DNA of 64,000 nt from a virus (lineage: Duplodnaviria; Caudoviricetes). Made by a program: the position numbers and the translations under genes. Of this stretch, positions 17,343 to 26,909 are shown in pieces. Each line of letters opens with the position of its first letter. Positions within the stretch are counted from its first letter, which is position 1. Below the pieces are notes generated by a model, which ran no database searches, had not been told where the DNA came from, and saw nothing but the letters and a program-made list of their open reading frames with translations. The DNA lies in the IMG/VR virus record IMGVR_UViG_2775507096_000001, positions 34,757-98,756 of that record; one strand, 5' to 3'.

Positions 17343-17606
17343 ATGCCCCGCATCGAGTGCCGGGACTGCGGCCGGCCGATAGCCGCCGGCCCAGTCGCCG
17401 GGCGCCTCGCCAAGGGCCGCGTATGGCGGCACGACCCGCCCGGCCGAGTCCGCGAGCCTGGTAGCGCCCTGGTGTCCTGCCCAGGCTCGCTGGCCATCGT
17501 GGACCTGCCGCAGCCCGCCGAACAGCTCTTTGACGACCCCGACACCATCGCTGATGCCAGCCCCGCCCTGGACCAGCACGGCATGAACACGGTGCCGCTG
17601 TTCTGA
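17343..17606 (+). CDS. Small Zn-binding hypothetical protein
   Basis: CRDC...RH...CPGS; start 17331-17343. Confidence 0.62.
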   Translation: MPRIECRDCGRPIAAGPVAGRLAKGRVWRHDPPGRVREPGSALVSCPGSLAIVDLPQPAEQLFDDPDTIADASPALDQHGMNTVPLF

Positions 17607-17633
17607 CCCGCTGCGCATGGCCCTCGGGGGACG

Positions 17634-17966
17634 ATGCTCGCTATGACTGCCGACCTGCCCGAACCCATCGCCGCCGTCCACGCCGCCGGCATGGCCGCCG
17701 TCGAGCCCGGAACCCGCCTCGGGCCCTTCGACCAGAGCATCTGGTTCGCGTACCGCCGTCCCAACGGTCCCGCGTTCGGCCTGGCGCTCGTGGAAGGCCC
17801 CGTTCGTGTGCCGGACATCGGCGAGACCATCACCTTGTGGACCGAGCGGGTACCTCTCCGGGTGGTGGGTATCGAGTCCCACTACGGACTTCTGCAAGCC
17901 GTCCACCCTGACGGCGTCCGGCGGCCCCACGTCAAGATCACGGTTTATGTAGACGCGCTGGAGTAG
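17634..17966 (+). CDS. Hypothetical protein (about 110 aa)
   Basis: ORF with plausible codon usage; start uncertain. Confidence 0.55.
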   Translation: MLAMTADLPEPIAAVHAAGMAAVEPGTRLGPFDQSIWFAYRRPNGPAFGLALVEGPVRVPDIGETITLWTERVPLRVVGIESHYGLLQAVHPDGVRRPHVKITVYVDALE

Positions 17967-18117
17967 TGGTCCCGGCGGTGGTGCCGCCCGGTCGTGGGGC
18001 ACGAGCCGTCATGGACGTGCCGCTCACGCCAGTGGCTGAAGCTGGCCGTCGGCCCGGCCTCGGCCGGTATGCGGCCCGGTACCGCATACCTCGGTACCGG
18101 GCCGTCAGTCCGTGCGG

Positions 18118-18369
18118 TTATCGGCGGACGTTGATGATGATGCGGATGCTGGCGCCGCCGAGGCCGGCGCCCGCCAGGGTTTCCCCTAAGCCTTCCGAGT
18201 AGTTCAGGCCGATGAAGACGCCGCAGATGACGCTGGCGGCGCACAGGGCGAGCTGCGCCCAGGCGAGAGCGGAGGAGGCCCGGGTAGACCTGTCCGTCTC
18301 AGGCGGTCGCGCAGGCTCCGGTGTCGTCGGGTCGGGCACCCGCGGTGGGGTACCTTCGGTCGTGGCCAC
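18118..18369 (-). CDS. Small membrane protein on the opposite strand (83 aa)
   Basis: GTG after GAGAGGA; hydrophobic ALAWAQLALCAASVICGVFIGL. Confidence 0.6.
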   Translation of the reverse strand: MATTEGTPPRVPDPTTPEPARPPETDRSTRASSALAWAQLALCAASVICGVFIGLNYSEGLGETLAGAGLGGASIRIIINVRR

Positions 18370-18850
18370 GCTTTTGTTCCTCTCGATTCTCGAACGGTGG
18401 GACCGTGGCACGGCAGGGAAGCTCTCGGTAAAAGGTGCGTGACGGTGCCACCGAGTGCTTCCCTTTGTCGTTCCACGAATTCGCGGTCACTTCAGAGCCT
18501 AGGGCATACATAACCGTGGTAGGGGAGATACAACGCTGTGACCTGCGGAAACGCGGTTATCGGATCGCAGGGTTCTGTCATTTTTTCGCGTGCGTCTGTC
18601 ATTTGATCGCAGCCGTTTGGTGTTGTCGCAGGTCGCCTATTTACGGGTCTAGCGGCGAGACCGTTACCTAGCCGTTAAGTGGAATTGCCGAGTCCGGTCC
18701 CGGACGTCGCCGGCGACCGTCGCGACCCTGGGCGTGGCAGCGCGGTCCTCTCGTAGCTGGACGCCATTCGGTCCGGTGCGCACTGCGCGCGCACTGATGC
18801 GCAGTATCCTTGCCGCCGTTCTGACCTGGGGATCTAGACGGAGGCGGCCT

Positions 18851-19183
18851 GTGATCTCTCTGCCCATGCTCGCAGTGCTGGGACTGGCGTCGTACAGAGC
18901 GACCCAGCTCGGCGTCCACGACTCGATCCTGGACCCTGCAAGGCAGCGCCTCGGCGCCTGGCACGCCAACAAGATCGACTCCAAGGCGCGCGCGTTCGTC
19001 ATGCAGCTCGTGAGCTGCATCTACTGTCTCGGCTACTGGCTCTCCGGTGTGACGCTCCTCGTGTACCTGATAGCCACCGACAGCTGGGGCGATGCCTCAT
19101 GGATCGTCCACGGCATCGAGTGGTTCGCCGTCGCCGGCATCCAGGCCCTCCTGAACCGGCGCGATGACACCATGGACGGCTGA
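18851..19183 (+). CDS. DUF1360-like small membrane protein with CxxC
   Basis: GGAGG RBS; LASYRATQL..DSI..P.R...LVSCIYCLGYW; about three TM segments. Confidence 0.78.
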   Translation: MISLPMLAVLGLASYRATQLGVHDSILDPARQRLGAWHANKIDSKARAFVMQLVSCIYCLGYWLSGVTLLVYLIATDSWGDASWIVHGIEWFAVAGIQALLNRRDDTMDG

Positions 19184-19186
19184 GCC

Positions 19187-20920
19187 ATGCCCCGGCAGCT
19201 CACCGCGGCAGCAGCCCGTTACAGCGTCAAGACGGCCAACCTCCGCAAGGGCGGCACCAACGCCGGATGGCAGGAAGAGGCGTGGCGGTTCTTCAAGGAC
19301 GTCCCCGAGGTTCGCTTCGCCGGAACGTGGGTCGGCAACGCCATGTCCGGCGCGACCCTGTTCGCGGGCCGGCGTGCCGCTGACGGCACGATCGAACGCG
19401 CCCCCGACAACCACCCTGCGGCGGACATCGTTCGGGAGATCGCGGGCGGCCCCGACGGGCAGTCCACGCTGCTCGGCGACTTCGGTCCGCACCTTGTCGT
19501 CGCCGGCGAGGGCTGGATCGTCGTCCGCCCCACCGTCGACAAGACGAACACGGTCGACGGCTACGACTGGCGGGTGCTGTCCACCCGCGAGGTGAAGCAG
19601 CAGGGCGGCGGGAAGCTGACCGCTGAGATCGACGGCGAGGACGTGGCGATCCCGCCGTACAACCCGGACGCCGAACCTGATCCGCTGGCACCGATCGCGA
19701 TACGGGTGTGGGAGCCGTCCCCGGACCGGCACATCGAGGCCGACAGCCCCGTGCGCTCCAGCCTCACCCTGCTGGAGGAACTCCAGCTGCTGAACGCTGC
19801 CGTCGCCGCCGTTGCCCGCTCCCGGATCACCGGGCGCGGTGTGCTCCTCGTCCCCAAGGGCACGAGATTCCCCACCCAACCCGGGCAGGGCGCCGACGCA
19901 GAGGACGACCTGCTGGAGGTGTTCCTCGACGTCGCCTCGACCGCGATCCGCGAACCCGACAGCGCCGCCGCGACCGTGCCGATCATCCTCGAAGTGCCCT
20001 CCGAGGTCATCTCCGACATCAAGTGGCTGTCGTTCGAGTCGAACTTTGACGAGCTGGCGCTGCGACTCCGCGACGAGGCGATCAGGCGCTTCGCCAACGG
20101 CCTGGAAGTCCCCGCAGAGATCCTGTTGGGCCTGTCCGACGCGAACCACTGGTCAGCGTGGGCCATCAGCGCCGAGGCAGTCCGTCTCGGCGTAGAGCCC
20201 CGCCTGGCGATCGTCTGCTACGCCCTGACCACCCAGTGGCTGCGTCCCCTCCTTGAGGACCAGGCCGTGGAGAACCCGGACGAGTGGCTCGTCTGGTACG
20301 ACACCAGCCAGCTCCGCGTCCAGGCCAACCGCGCCCAGACCGCCCTTGAGGCGTACCAGGCCGGTCTGATCTCCGCTGCCGCAGCCCGCCGCGAGACCGG
20401 CTTCGACGAGTCCGACGCCCCCAGCCCCGGCGAGACCACCCCCAGCGACACCGACCCCCGCCAGGACGAGGAGACGCAGAGCAACGTGACGACGCTGCCC
20501 GTAGGAGAGACGACCAGCATCCCTGACACCCTGCCCGCCTCCTCGGCCCCCCGCATCGCTGAGGGCCTCATAGCCGCCGTCGACGTGCTGATCTGGGCGG
20601 CGCTGGCGACCGCAGGGGAACGCATCCGGAACAAGCCGGCCTGCCCGCGCAGCGAACGCGCACGCGCCCGGGAGATCCGCCCCGGCGAAGTGCACACGGT
20701 GTACCCGGTGGACACCGCGATGATCGACGCCTGGCACCTCCTCGACGGGGCATGGGTTCGCGTCCCCGAGGTCGCCGACCGGTACGGCCTCAGCCCGGAC
20801 TGCCTGAAGGACGCCCTGGACGACTACGCGCGGGCCCTCATCGCCGCCCGCATGGCGCACAGCTACGACCAGACCGAGAAGGTGCTCCGCCTGTCGGCCT
20901 GCCTCACGGAGGCCGCATGA
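19187..20920 (+). CDS. Portal protein (probable)
   Basis: Position between terminase and head genes; WQEEAW..VPEVRF, VAGEGW, LEVPAEILLG..NHWSAW motifs of actinophage portals. Confidence 0.78.
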   Translation: MPRQLTAAAARYSVKTANLRKGGTNAGWQEEAWRFFKDVPEVRFAGTWVGNAMSGATLFAGRRAADGTIERAPDNHPAADIVREIAGGPDGQSTLLGDFGPHLVVAGEGWIVVRPTVDKTNTVDGYDWRVLSTREVKQQGGGKLTAEIDGEDVAIPPYNPDAEPDPLAPIAIRVWEPSPDRHIEADSPVRSSLTLLEELQLLNAAVAAVARSRITGRGVLLVPKGTRFPTQPGQGADAEDDLLEVFLDVASTAIREPDSAAATVPIILEVPSEVISDIKWLSFESNFDELALRLRDEAIRRFANGLEVPAEILLGLSDANHWSAWAISAEAVRLGVEPRLAIVCYALTTQWLRPLLEDQAVENPDEWLVWYDTSQLRVQANRAQTALEAYQAGLISAAAARRETGFDESDAPSPGETTPSDTDPRQDEETQSNVTTLPVGETTSIPDTLPASSAPRIAEGLIAAVDVLIWAALATAGERIRNKPACPRSERARAREIRPGEVHTVYPVDTAMIDAWHLLDGAWVRVPEVADRYGLSPDCLKDALDDYARALIAARMAHSYDQTEKVLRLSACLTEAA

Positions 20921-21111
20921 GTGCCGGCGTGCACCCGCTCGTCACCCCGGTCATGGGCGACGCCCACGCGCAGTGGTGCCCGCGCTGCAAGGCATACACG
21001 GTGGCGTGCGCGCCCCTGTATCTCCTCACGCCCGCCGGTGTCACCCGGGCCCAGTTCTACGCCCTGTGCGAGATATGCGACCTCGACGGGCCGGAGGTGA
21101 CCCGTGGCTGA
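20917..21111 (+). CDS. Small Zn-ribbon protein (64 aa)
   Basis: ATGA overlap; CPRC...CEIC. Confidence 0.65.
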   Translation: MSAGVHPLVTPVMGDAHAQWCPRCKAYTVACAPLYLLTPAGVTRAQFYALCEICDLDGPEVTRG

Positions 21112-21301
21112 GCACTTCCACCAGCTCGACCTGTGCCCCCACTGCGACGGGCTTCGCGTGCTGTCCGCGACTCGGCTGGACGGCGTGAGCATCGACCTGG
21201 ACGCAGGCCCCTTCAGCTTCCGAGGCAAGGCCACGGTGGTGTGGCTGACCCCCCTGTCGGACGACTGCCCCAACACGAGTCTGGAGGTGAACCGTGGCTG
21301 A
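21104..21301 (+). CDS. Small hypothetical protein (65 aa)
   Basis: GGAGG RBS; CPHC; overlaps both neighbours. Confidence 0.6.
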   Translation: MAEHFHQLDLCPHCDGLRVLSATRLDGVSIDLDAGPFSFRGKATVVWLTPLSDDCPNTSLEVNRG

Positions 21302-24300
21302 CGCCGAACAGCAGCTGGCGGCGGCAGAGCAGGCGATAGCCGAAGAGGTGGCCGCTGTCCTGGATGAGGTAGCGGCCGAGATCAGCAGCGAGCTGCGTGA
21401 CGCCACGGAGATCGTCGCCGCGCGGTTCTCCCTCGCCGGTATCGGCCGCATGTGGCGTGCCCGGATGCCGCGCCTCCTGCGGCGTCTCCTCGGCGTCGCC
21501 GAGACCGCCGCCGAGCAGGCCGCGGCCGACACCGGCACCGGCCTGCCGGACGGGTGGGACGACCTTCCCGGCCGGTACGAGCGCGGCGACAGCCTTCCCC
21601 CGTCGCTGGGCGCGTACGTCAACGACACCTGGCACCTGCTACGCGCCGTCGGGGGCCGGCTCACCGCCGCCGCCGTGGCCGAACTCGCCGCCGGCCTCGA
21701 CGCCGGGGAAGACGTCGCCCAGCTCCGCGGCAGGCTGCGACAGCTGTTCTCCCGCGAAGGCGAGCAGCTCGGCGTCACCCGCGAGGCGCGGATCGCGCGG
21801 ACCGAGTCCACCCGGGCGTGGAATGCGGCCACCCTCGCGGCGGCACGAGACCTGACCGGCCCCGACCGGCCCCTGGTCAAGCAGTGGATCACGCAGCACG
21901 ACGCCCGGGTCCGGCACGCCCACGACGCCGTCGACGGGGCGCTCCGCCTCATCGATGAGGCGTTCACCGTGGCCGGCATCCCCATGCAGTACCCGGGGGA
22001 CCCGATGGCGCCCGCCGCGCTCACCGTGAACTGCCGCTGCTACCTGCGATTGGCACCAGAAACCCGCGCGGCGTCCGCAGTATCGAAGGACAGTCCGCGC
22101 GCTGGTGTCTTCGGATCGCAGGAACGCACCGCGGCGGCCGTGCAGCACACCGGCGCGATGATCGCCCTGCTCCCCTCCGAGGAGGACGCGCAGCGCCTGG
22201 CCCTCGCCGACGGTGAACCCGCCGACGAGCTGCACTGCACGCTGATGTTCCTCGGCAACGGCGACGACTGGACGGCCGAGCAGCGCGCCGCCCTCGTCAC
22301 GACGATGCGCGAGTACGCCCCCACCCTGCCCATCTCGGCACGCGCCTTCGGTGCCGCCCACTGGAACCCGCACGGCGACGAACCGGTGTGGGTGTGGAGC
22401 ATCGGCGACAACCGCGAAGACCGTGACCCGCAGGGCCCCGACCTGCAAGACGCTCGCGTGGCAGCGGTCTACGCCGTGGAGGACACCCACGAGTTCTGCA
22501 TCCTGCCCGAGATCCCCGCACAGCACACGCCCTGGCACCCGCACGTCACCGCCGTCTACAGCGCCGACCCCGACCGGTTCCACGACCTGGTCGAGAACGT
22601 CGGCCCGGTGACCTTCGACAGGCTGCGCGTGGCGTTCGCCGGCGAGCACTTCGACATCCCGCTCCGCCCCGCAGAGGAGGACCCACCCATGGCCACCCCC
22701 GTCCAGGAAGAGGCGGACACCCCGCCGCCGCCCGTCCGTACCTGGTCCACCCCCGACGTCGACGGCGCAGCGCTCGCGTTCGAGAACCAGCAGACCGGCG
22801 ACGGCAGAGTCTTCGCGCCGGGCGCCCTGTACTGGGACGGCACCGGCCCGTGGCCGCTCCAGTACGCGGAGGCGATGGGACAGGGCCACGACGGTGCTGA
22901 ACTGGCCGGGTCGATCCAGAAACTCGGCCGGGTCGGCGACCGCATCACCGGCAGCGGCGTGCTGTACCTGACGCAGCCCGCCGGGTACGACGCCGTCACG
23001 CTGCTGGAGCAGCAGGCGCCGCTCGGGGTGTCCGTCGACCTGGACGACGTGGACGTGCAGCTCGTCGATACCACCAGCCCCGGCCAGGAAGCGGGGCCGG
23101 CGCTGGCCGCGTCGTTCGCGTCCGCGAGCGTCATGCGCCTTGATGACGGCACGTGGATGCTCACCGGCCGGGAACGCACCGAGTGGACCGCGTCCGGGAT
23201 CGAGATGGCGCACAGCTCCCGCTCGGTGATGCTGTTCACCAGCCCCGGAGGCCGGATCTCCGCCGCGACCGCCCGCCGTGTCTTCGGTAACCAGATCACC
23301 GCAGCCGCCGGCGACTCCGACCCGGACGAAGGCGTTGTCTTCCACGAGGAGAGGTCCGGGGACTACCTCGTGCGTATCACCCGCGCCCGGCTGCGCGGCG
23401 CCACGCTCGTGGCGATGCCCGCCTACGACAAGGCCCGCATCGTCCTCGACCCGCCCGGCGAACAGACCGCATCCGCGGTGGTGGCCTCGTCCGGCGACGG
23501 GCACGAGCGGCTCGTCACCTACGTGCGCAGCTCCCCGACACCGGTCCGGCCCCGCCACCTGGCCGAGAAGCTCGGCATGTCCCTCGAAACGGTGCACAGC
23601 CACCTGGCCCGTGCGTTGGCGGCCGGCACGGTCGTACGGATCGCCCGGGGCCTGTACGTCGGCGCGTCCACGCTGCCCGAGGGCGACGTCACGGCCGCCG
23701 CGTCCGACGACACCGACCTGCCCGTGCACCCGTGGGGCGACGAGGCGACGGCCGCCGCAGCTCTCGACGCGCTGTACGACGAGCGTGGCGCGCAGATCGT
23801 CGCTTCCGCGTGGCAGGTGATGCAGTCGGAGAAGCCCCTCCCCGCCGCATGGTTCCGCGAGCCCACCCCCGAGGAACTGCCACCGGGCAGCGGCGGCGTC
23901 CACATCGTCGACGGCCGCGCCTACGGCTGGGTGGCGCAGGCCGGCGTACCCCACGCCGTGCACGGCCGGAAGGTGACCATCGAGAAGCTCGCCGCGCGGG
24001 GCCTGGACCTGTCGCACTTCCTACGGGCGAAGTTCCGCCTGGACGACGGCACCGAGGTCCGCGCGGGCGCGATGACGATGAACGTGGGCCATCACCGCGA
24101 CGGCTACGAGTGCGAGACCGCCGTGTGCCAGTTCGACGACACCCGCACCGTCGCGGCGGTGATCACGGTCGGCGTGAACGAGGGCGGCATGTGGTTCTCC
24201 GGTGCTGCCGCTCCCTGGCTGTCGCCGTGGGACCGCACTGTGTTCGCCGCGTGCCAGCCCTCGTACCACATGACGCAGGGCGACGACGGGCGTTGGCAGC

Positions 24301-24689
24301 TCCGCGCCGTCCTGTCCGTGCCGGTACCCGGCCACTCCTCGCCGCTCAGTGCCGCCGCGGTCGTGGACCGGGCGAACCTCGCCCTCACCGCTGCCGCAGC
24401 AGTCATCGACGAGACCGCCACCAGCGAGCCGGCCACGGTCCCGGACGTGGAACCGGAGCCCGAGCACGCCCGCACCCGCGACCAGGCCCCGGCCCCGGGC
24501 GTGGCCGGCGAGGTCACCGCCGCGCTCCTCCAGCCCGCGTTCCTCGACCAGTTCGCCGACGCCCTCAAGGCCCGCGAAGCCGAGCGTGCCGCCGCCGCTC
24601 GCGCCGAACTCGAAGAACTCACTGCCCGACTCGCACCCCTGCGTGCCGAGATCGCCGCCACCGCCGCCCAGCCCCAGGAAGGGAACTGA
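21294..24689 (+). CDS. MuF-like head morphogenesis + 2H phosphoesterase + capsid maturation protease-like fusion (1131 aa)
   Basis: RIARTE..KQW..D.RVRH.H..YPGDP..NCRC (MuF); LHCTL and PHVT (2H); TGDGR.F..LRGATLVAMPAY (protease-like); internal wHTH-like segment. Confidence 0.8.
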   Translation: MADAEQQLAAAEQAIAEEVAAVLDEVAAEISSELRDATEIVAARFSLAGIGRMWRARMPRLLRRLLGVAETAAEQAAADTGTGLPDGWDDLPGRYERGDSLPPSLGAYVNDTWHLLRAVGGRLTAAAVAELAAGLDAGEDVAQLRGRLRQLFSREGEQLGVTREARIARTESTRAWNAATLAAARDLTGPDRPLVKQWITQHDARVRHAHDAVDGALRLIDEAFTVAGIPMQYPGDPMAPAALTVNCRCYLRLAPETRAASAVSKDSPRAGVFGSQERTAAAVQHTGAMIALLPSEEDAQRLALADGEPADELHCTLMFLGNGDDWTAEQRAALVTTMREYAPTLPISARAFGAAHWNPHGDEPVWVWSIGDNREDRDPQGPDLQDARVAAVYAVEDTHEFCILPEIPAQHTPWHPHVTAVYSADPDRFHDLVENVGPVTFDRLRVAFAGEHFDIPLRPAEEDPPMATPVQEEADTPPPPVRTWSTPDVDGAALAFENQQTGDGRVFAPGALYWDGTGPWPLQYAEAMGQGHDGAELAGSIQKLGRVGDRITGSGVLYLTQPAGYDAVTLLEQQAPLGVSVDLDDVDVQLVDTTSPGQEAGPALAASFASASVMRLDDGTWMLTGRERTEWTASGIEMAHSSRSVMLFTSPGGRISAATARRVFGNQITAAAGDSDPDEGVVFHEERSGDYLVRITRARLRGATLVAMPAYDKARIVLDPPGEQTASAVVASSGDGHERLVTYVRSSPTPVRPRHLAEKLGMSLETVHSHLARALAAGTVVRIARGLYVGASTLPEGDVTAAASDDTDLPVHPWGDEATAAAALDALYDERGAQIVASAWQVMQSEKPLPAAWFREPTPEELPPGSGGVHIVDGRAYGWVAQAGVPHAVHGRKVTIEKLAARGLDLSHFLRAKFRLDDGTEVRAGAMTMNVGHHRDGYECETAVCQFDDTRTVAAVITVGVNEGGMWFSGAAAPWLSPWDRTVFAACQPSYHMTQGDDGRWQLRAVLSVPVPGHSSPLSAAAVVDRANLALTAAAAVIDETATSEPATVPDVEPEPEHARTRDQAPAPGVAGEVTAALLQPAFLDQFADALKAREAERAAAARAELEELTARLAPLRAEIAATAAQPQEGN

Positions 24690-24692
24690 CTT

Positions 24693-24851
24693 ATGCCGTG
24701 CTCCTGCCAGAAGAACAAGACGCAGTACGAGGTCGTCGACGCCGCTGGGAAGCGGGTGTTCGGGCCCACCCCGTACAAGACGACCGCCGACGCCATGGCC
24801 GCTCGCGGCACGGGCCGCACCGTCCGGGAGATCAGCAAGGGCGGCGTCTGA
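24693..24851 (+). CDS. Small head-associated protein MPCSC... (52 aa; not in ORF track)
   Basis: GGAAGGGA RBS; TGATG coupling to the next gene. Confidence 0.7.
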   Translation: MPCSCQKNKTQYEVVDAAGKRVFGPTPYKTTADAMAARGTGRTVREISKGGV

Positions 24852-25081
24852 TGGCGTGCGGCTGCAACAAGGGCCGGGCGCGCACCGCTGCCCCGGTGCC
24901 GGGCCGGACCCTGTACCGCGTCGTCCTCGACGGCGGTAACGGCAAGGTCGCCTTCCAGACCCACACCCTGGCCACGGCACAGGCCGTCTCCAGGAACTAC
25001 CCGGGCAGCGTCATCGACCCCGACCCCGAGGCGGCTGCCGCCGGGCAGAGCCCGGCACCCGGCACCGCGGGCGGGGCCTGA
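24851..25081 (+). CDS. Small head-associated protein MACGC... (76 aa)
   Basis: TGATG overlap; same CxC + Y.VV + A.A pattern as the preceding gene. Confidence 0.7.
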   Translation: MACGCNKGRARTAAPVPGRTLYRVVLDGGNGKVAFQTHTLATAQAVSRNYPGSVIDPDPEAAAAGQSPAPGTAGGA

Positions 25082-25133
25082 CACCCCGCGCGTACGGCCT
25101 GCGGTGACGACCATCGCGGGCCGTACGTGCGGC

Positions 25134-25165
25134 TAATATGACCTTCCAGTCGATGGTTTAGGGCC
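25134..25165 (+). promoter_or_regulatory. Late promoter -10 + TGGTTnwGGGCC leader motif (copy 1, major capsid)
   Basis: TAATAT(25134)-N14-TGGTTTAGGGCC(25154). Confidence 0.65.
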
Positions 25166-25196
25166 TGACTCCTGCGAAGCATTCAGGAGTCCTGAC

Positions 25197-26849
25197 ATGC
25201 CCGAGCCGTTCGAGCTCCCCGAAGACCTCAGCGCCCTGGACGACGAGCAGCTTGCCGCCGCCCTTGAGGGCGCCGTCCAGGCATTCGACGCCAAGGCCAA
25301 GTCCAACCTCGTCACCCCCGACGACGTCACCGCGCTGCGGGCCCTCACCACCGGTATCGAGGCGATGCGGCAGGAGCAGAAGGACCGCATCGACGCCGCG
25401 AAGGCCACCGCTGCGGAGATCGAGCAGCTCGCCGCGAAGGTGCGTGGCGAGGACCCGGCGGCGGCCCCGGAGCCGCCGACCGAGCCTGCTGCCCCCGCGG
25501 TCGAGGACACCCCGGCCGAGCCCGTGGCGCCGGTCGAGCCGGAACCGGAGGTGTCCGCGTCGGCGATCCTGGCGAAGCGGCCGGTCCTCAACCTCGCCAA
25601 CGTCCGCGCCTCCCAGCCCCGGGTCCTCCCGGAGCCGCCGGCGCCGGGCACGACCATCACCGCCGCCGTCGACGTCCCCGGCTACACCCCGGGCGCCCCG
25701 CTCGACTTCGGGCAGGTCGTCAGCGGCATCATCAGCCGCGCGAATGCGCTCAAAACCGCTGGTGGCGGGGTGGGGCAGGTCATCTCGTACCGGCATCCGT
25801 TCGCGCAGGACCTGATCGTCACCGACTCCAGCTCGGCGCCCGAGGGCACCACCGTGGCGATCGCAGCGCAGAACCAGGGGCGGCTGCCGCAGGGTGACCT
25901 CGTCGCGAGCGGCGGCTGGTGTGCGCCCTCGGAAACGCTGTACGACATCACCGGCGTGGCCTGCCCGGACATGCTGTGGGACGCCCCGGAGATCCAGCTC
26001 GCACGCGGAGGGCTGAGGTACTACAAGCCGCTCAGCCTCGACGTCTCCAGCATGACGTGGGTCCACACCGAGGCCGACGACATCTCCGGTGCGACGAAGC
26101 CCTGTTACACGATTCCGTGCCCGGACCCGGTCGAGGTGCGCTGCGACGCGGTCGGCGTGTGCCTGGAGGCGGGCATTCTCACCCAGAGGCATTTTCCGGA
26201 GCTGGTGAGCTGGTACCTGCGCAACGCGATGGTCGCGCACGAGATCCGCATCAAGCAGGTCCTGTTCCAGCAGGCCCTGAACACGGCCACCCCGGTCGTC
26301 ATGGCCCCGACCTTCGGTGCGCTGTCGGCGATCTACGCGGCTGTCGCGCTCCAGGCCGCCGACATGATCGAGCGGCACTCGCTGTGCGAGACGATCGCGC
26401 TGGAGGTCGTCTTCCCCTGGTGGTCGCGGAACCTGTTCCTGGCCGACCTGGCGCGGCAGAACGGCGTCAACATCTGCGACCTGTCCCCGACCTGCATCCA
26501 GGACGTGTTCTCGACGCTGGGTGTGCGGGTGCAGTTCGCGCGCGGCCTGTCCCCGGCGGTCCCGGTCGACATCGGTGGTGCCAACCCGGCCACCGAGTGG
26601 CCGGCCGAGGTCAACTTCCTGGTGTACCCGTCGGGTTCGATCCAGATCGGTCGCGGCGAGGAGGTCAATCTGGGGGTCGTGCACGATTCGACCAAATTTG
26701 TCACGAATGATTACACCGCGTTGTTCGCGGAGGAGTGTGTCGCCCTCGTCGACAGGTCGGTGGACACCCGCCTCGTCACCGTCCCGGTCTGCCCGGATGG
26801 CGCGACCGGCGCCCAGCTCGAACTGGTCTGCGCCGCAGGCAGCAGCTGA
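25197..26849 (+). CDS. Major capsid (hexamer-type) protein with N-terminal scaffold-like extension
   Basis: Coiled-coil/Pro-rich N-terminus; ASGGWCAPSETLYD, RGG..Y, GVCLEAGIL, LGVVHDS...NDYT motifs. Confidence 0.85.
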   Translation: MPEPFELPEDLSALDDEQLAAALEGAVQAFDAKAKSNLVTPDDVTALRALTTGIEAMRQEQKDRIDAAKATAAEIEQLAAKVRGEDPAAAPEPPTEPAAPAVEDTPAEPVAPVEPEPEVSASAILAKRPVLNLANVRASQPRVLPEPPAPGTTITAAVDVPGYTPGAPLDFGQVVSGIISRANALKTAGGGVGQVISYRHPFAQDLIVTDSSSAPEGTTVAIAAQNQGRLPQGDLVASGGWCAPSETLYDITGVACPDMLWDAPEIQLARGGLRYYKPLSLDVSSMTWVHTEADDISGATKPCYTIPCPDPVEVRCDAVGVCLEAGILTQRHFPELVSWYLRNAMVAHEIRIKQVLFQQALNTATPVVMAPTFGALSAIYAAVALQAADMIERHSLCETIALEVVFPWWSRNLFLADLARQNGVNICDLSPTCIQDVFSTLGVRVQFARGLSPAVPVDIGGANPATEWPAEVNFLVYPSGSIQIGRGEEVNLGVVHDSTKFVTNDYTALFAEECVALVDRSVDTRLVTVPVCPDGATGAQLELVCAAGSS

Positions 26850-26909
26850 CCCCCACCCCATCCGCAGCCCCGGCCCTCTGCCCGGCCGGGGCTGCCCGGA
26901 TGAGCGGAG

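Noticed and set aside
1465-24017. Long minus-strand ORFs in the track (e.g. 1465-3621, 10662-12659, 14505-16040, 21639-24017)
   Set aside because: Antisense shadows of real + strand genes, expected at this GC; no motifs or RBS.
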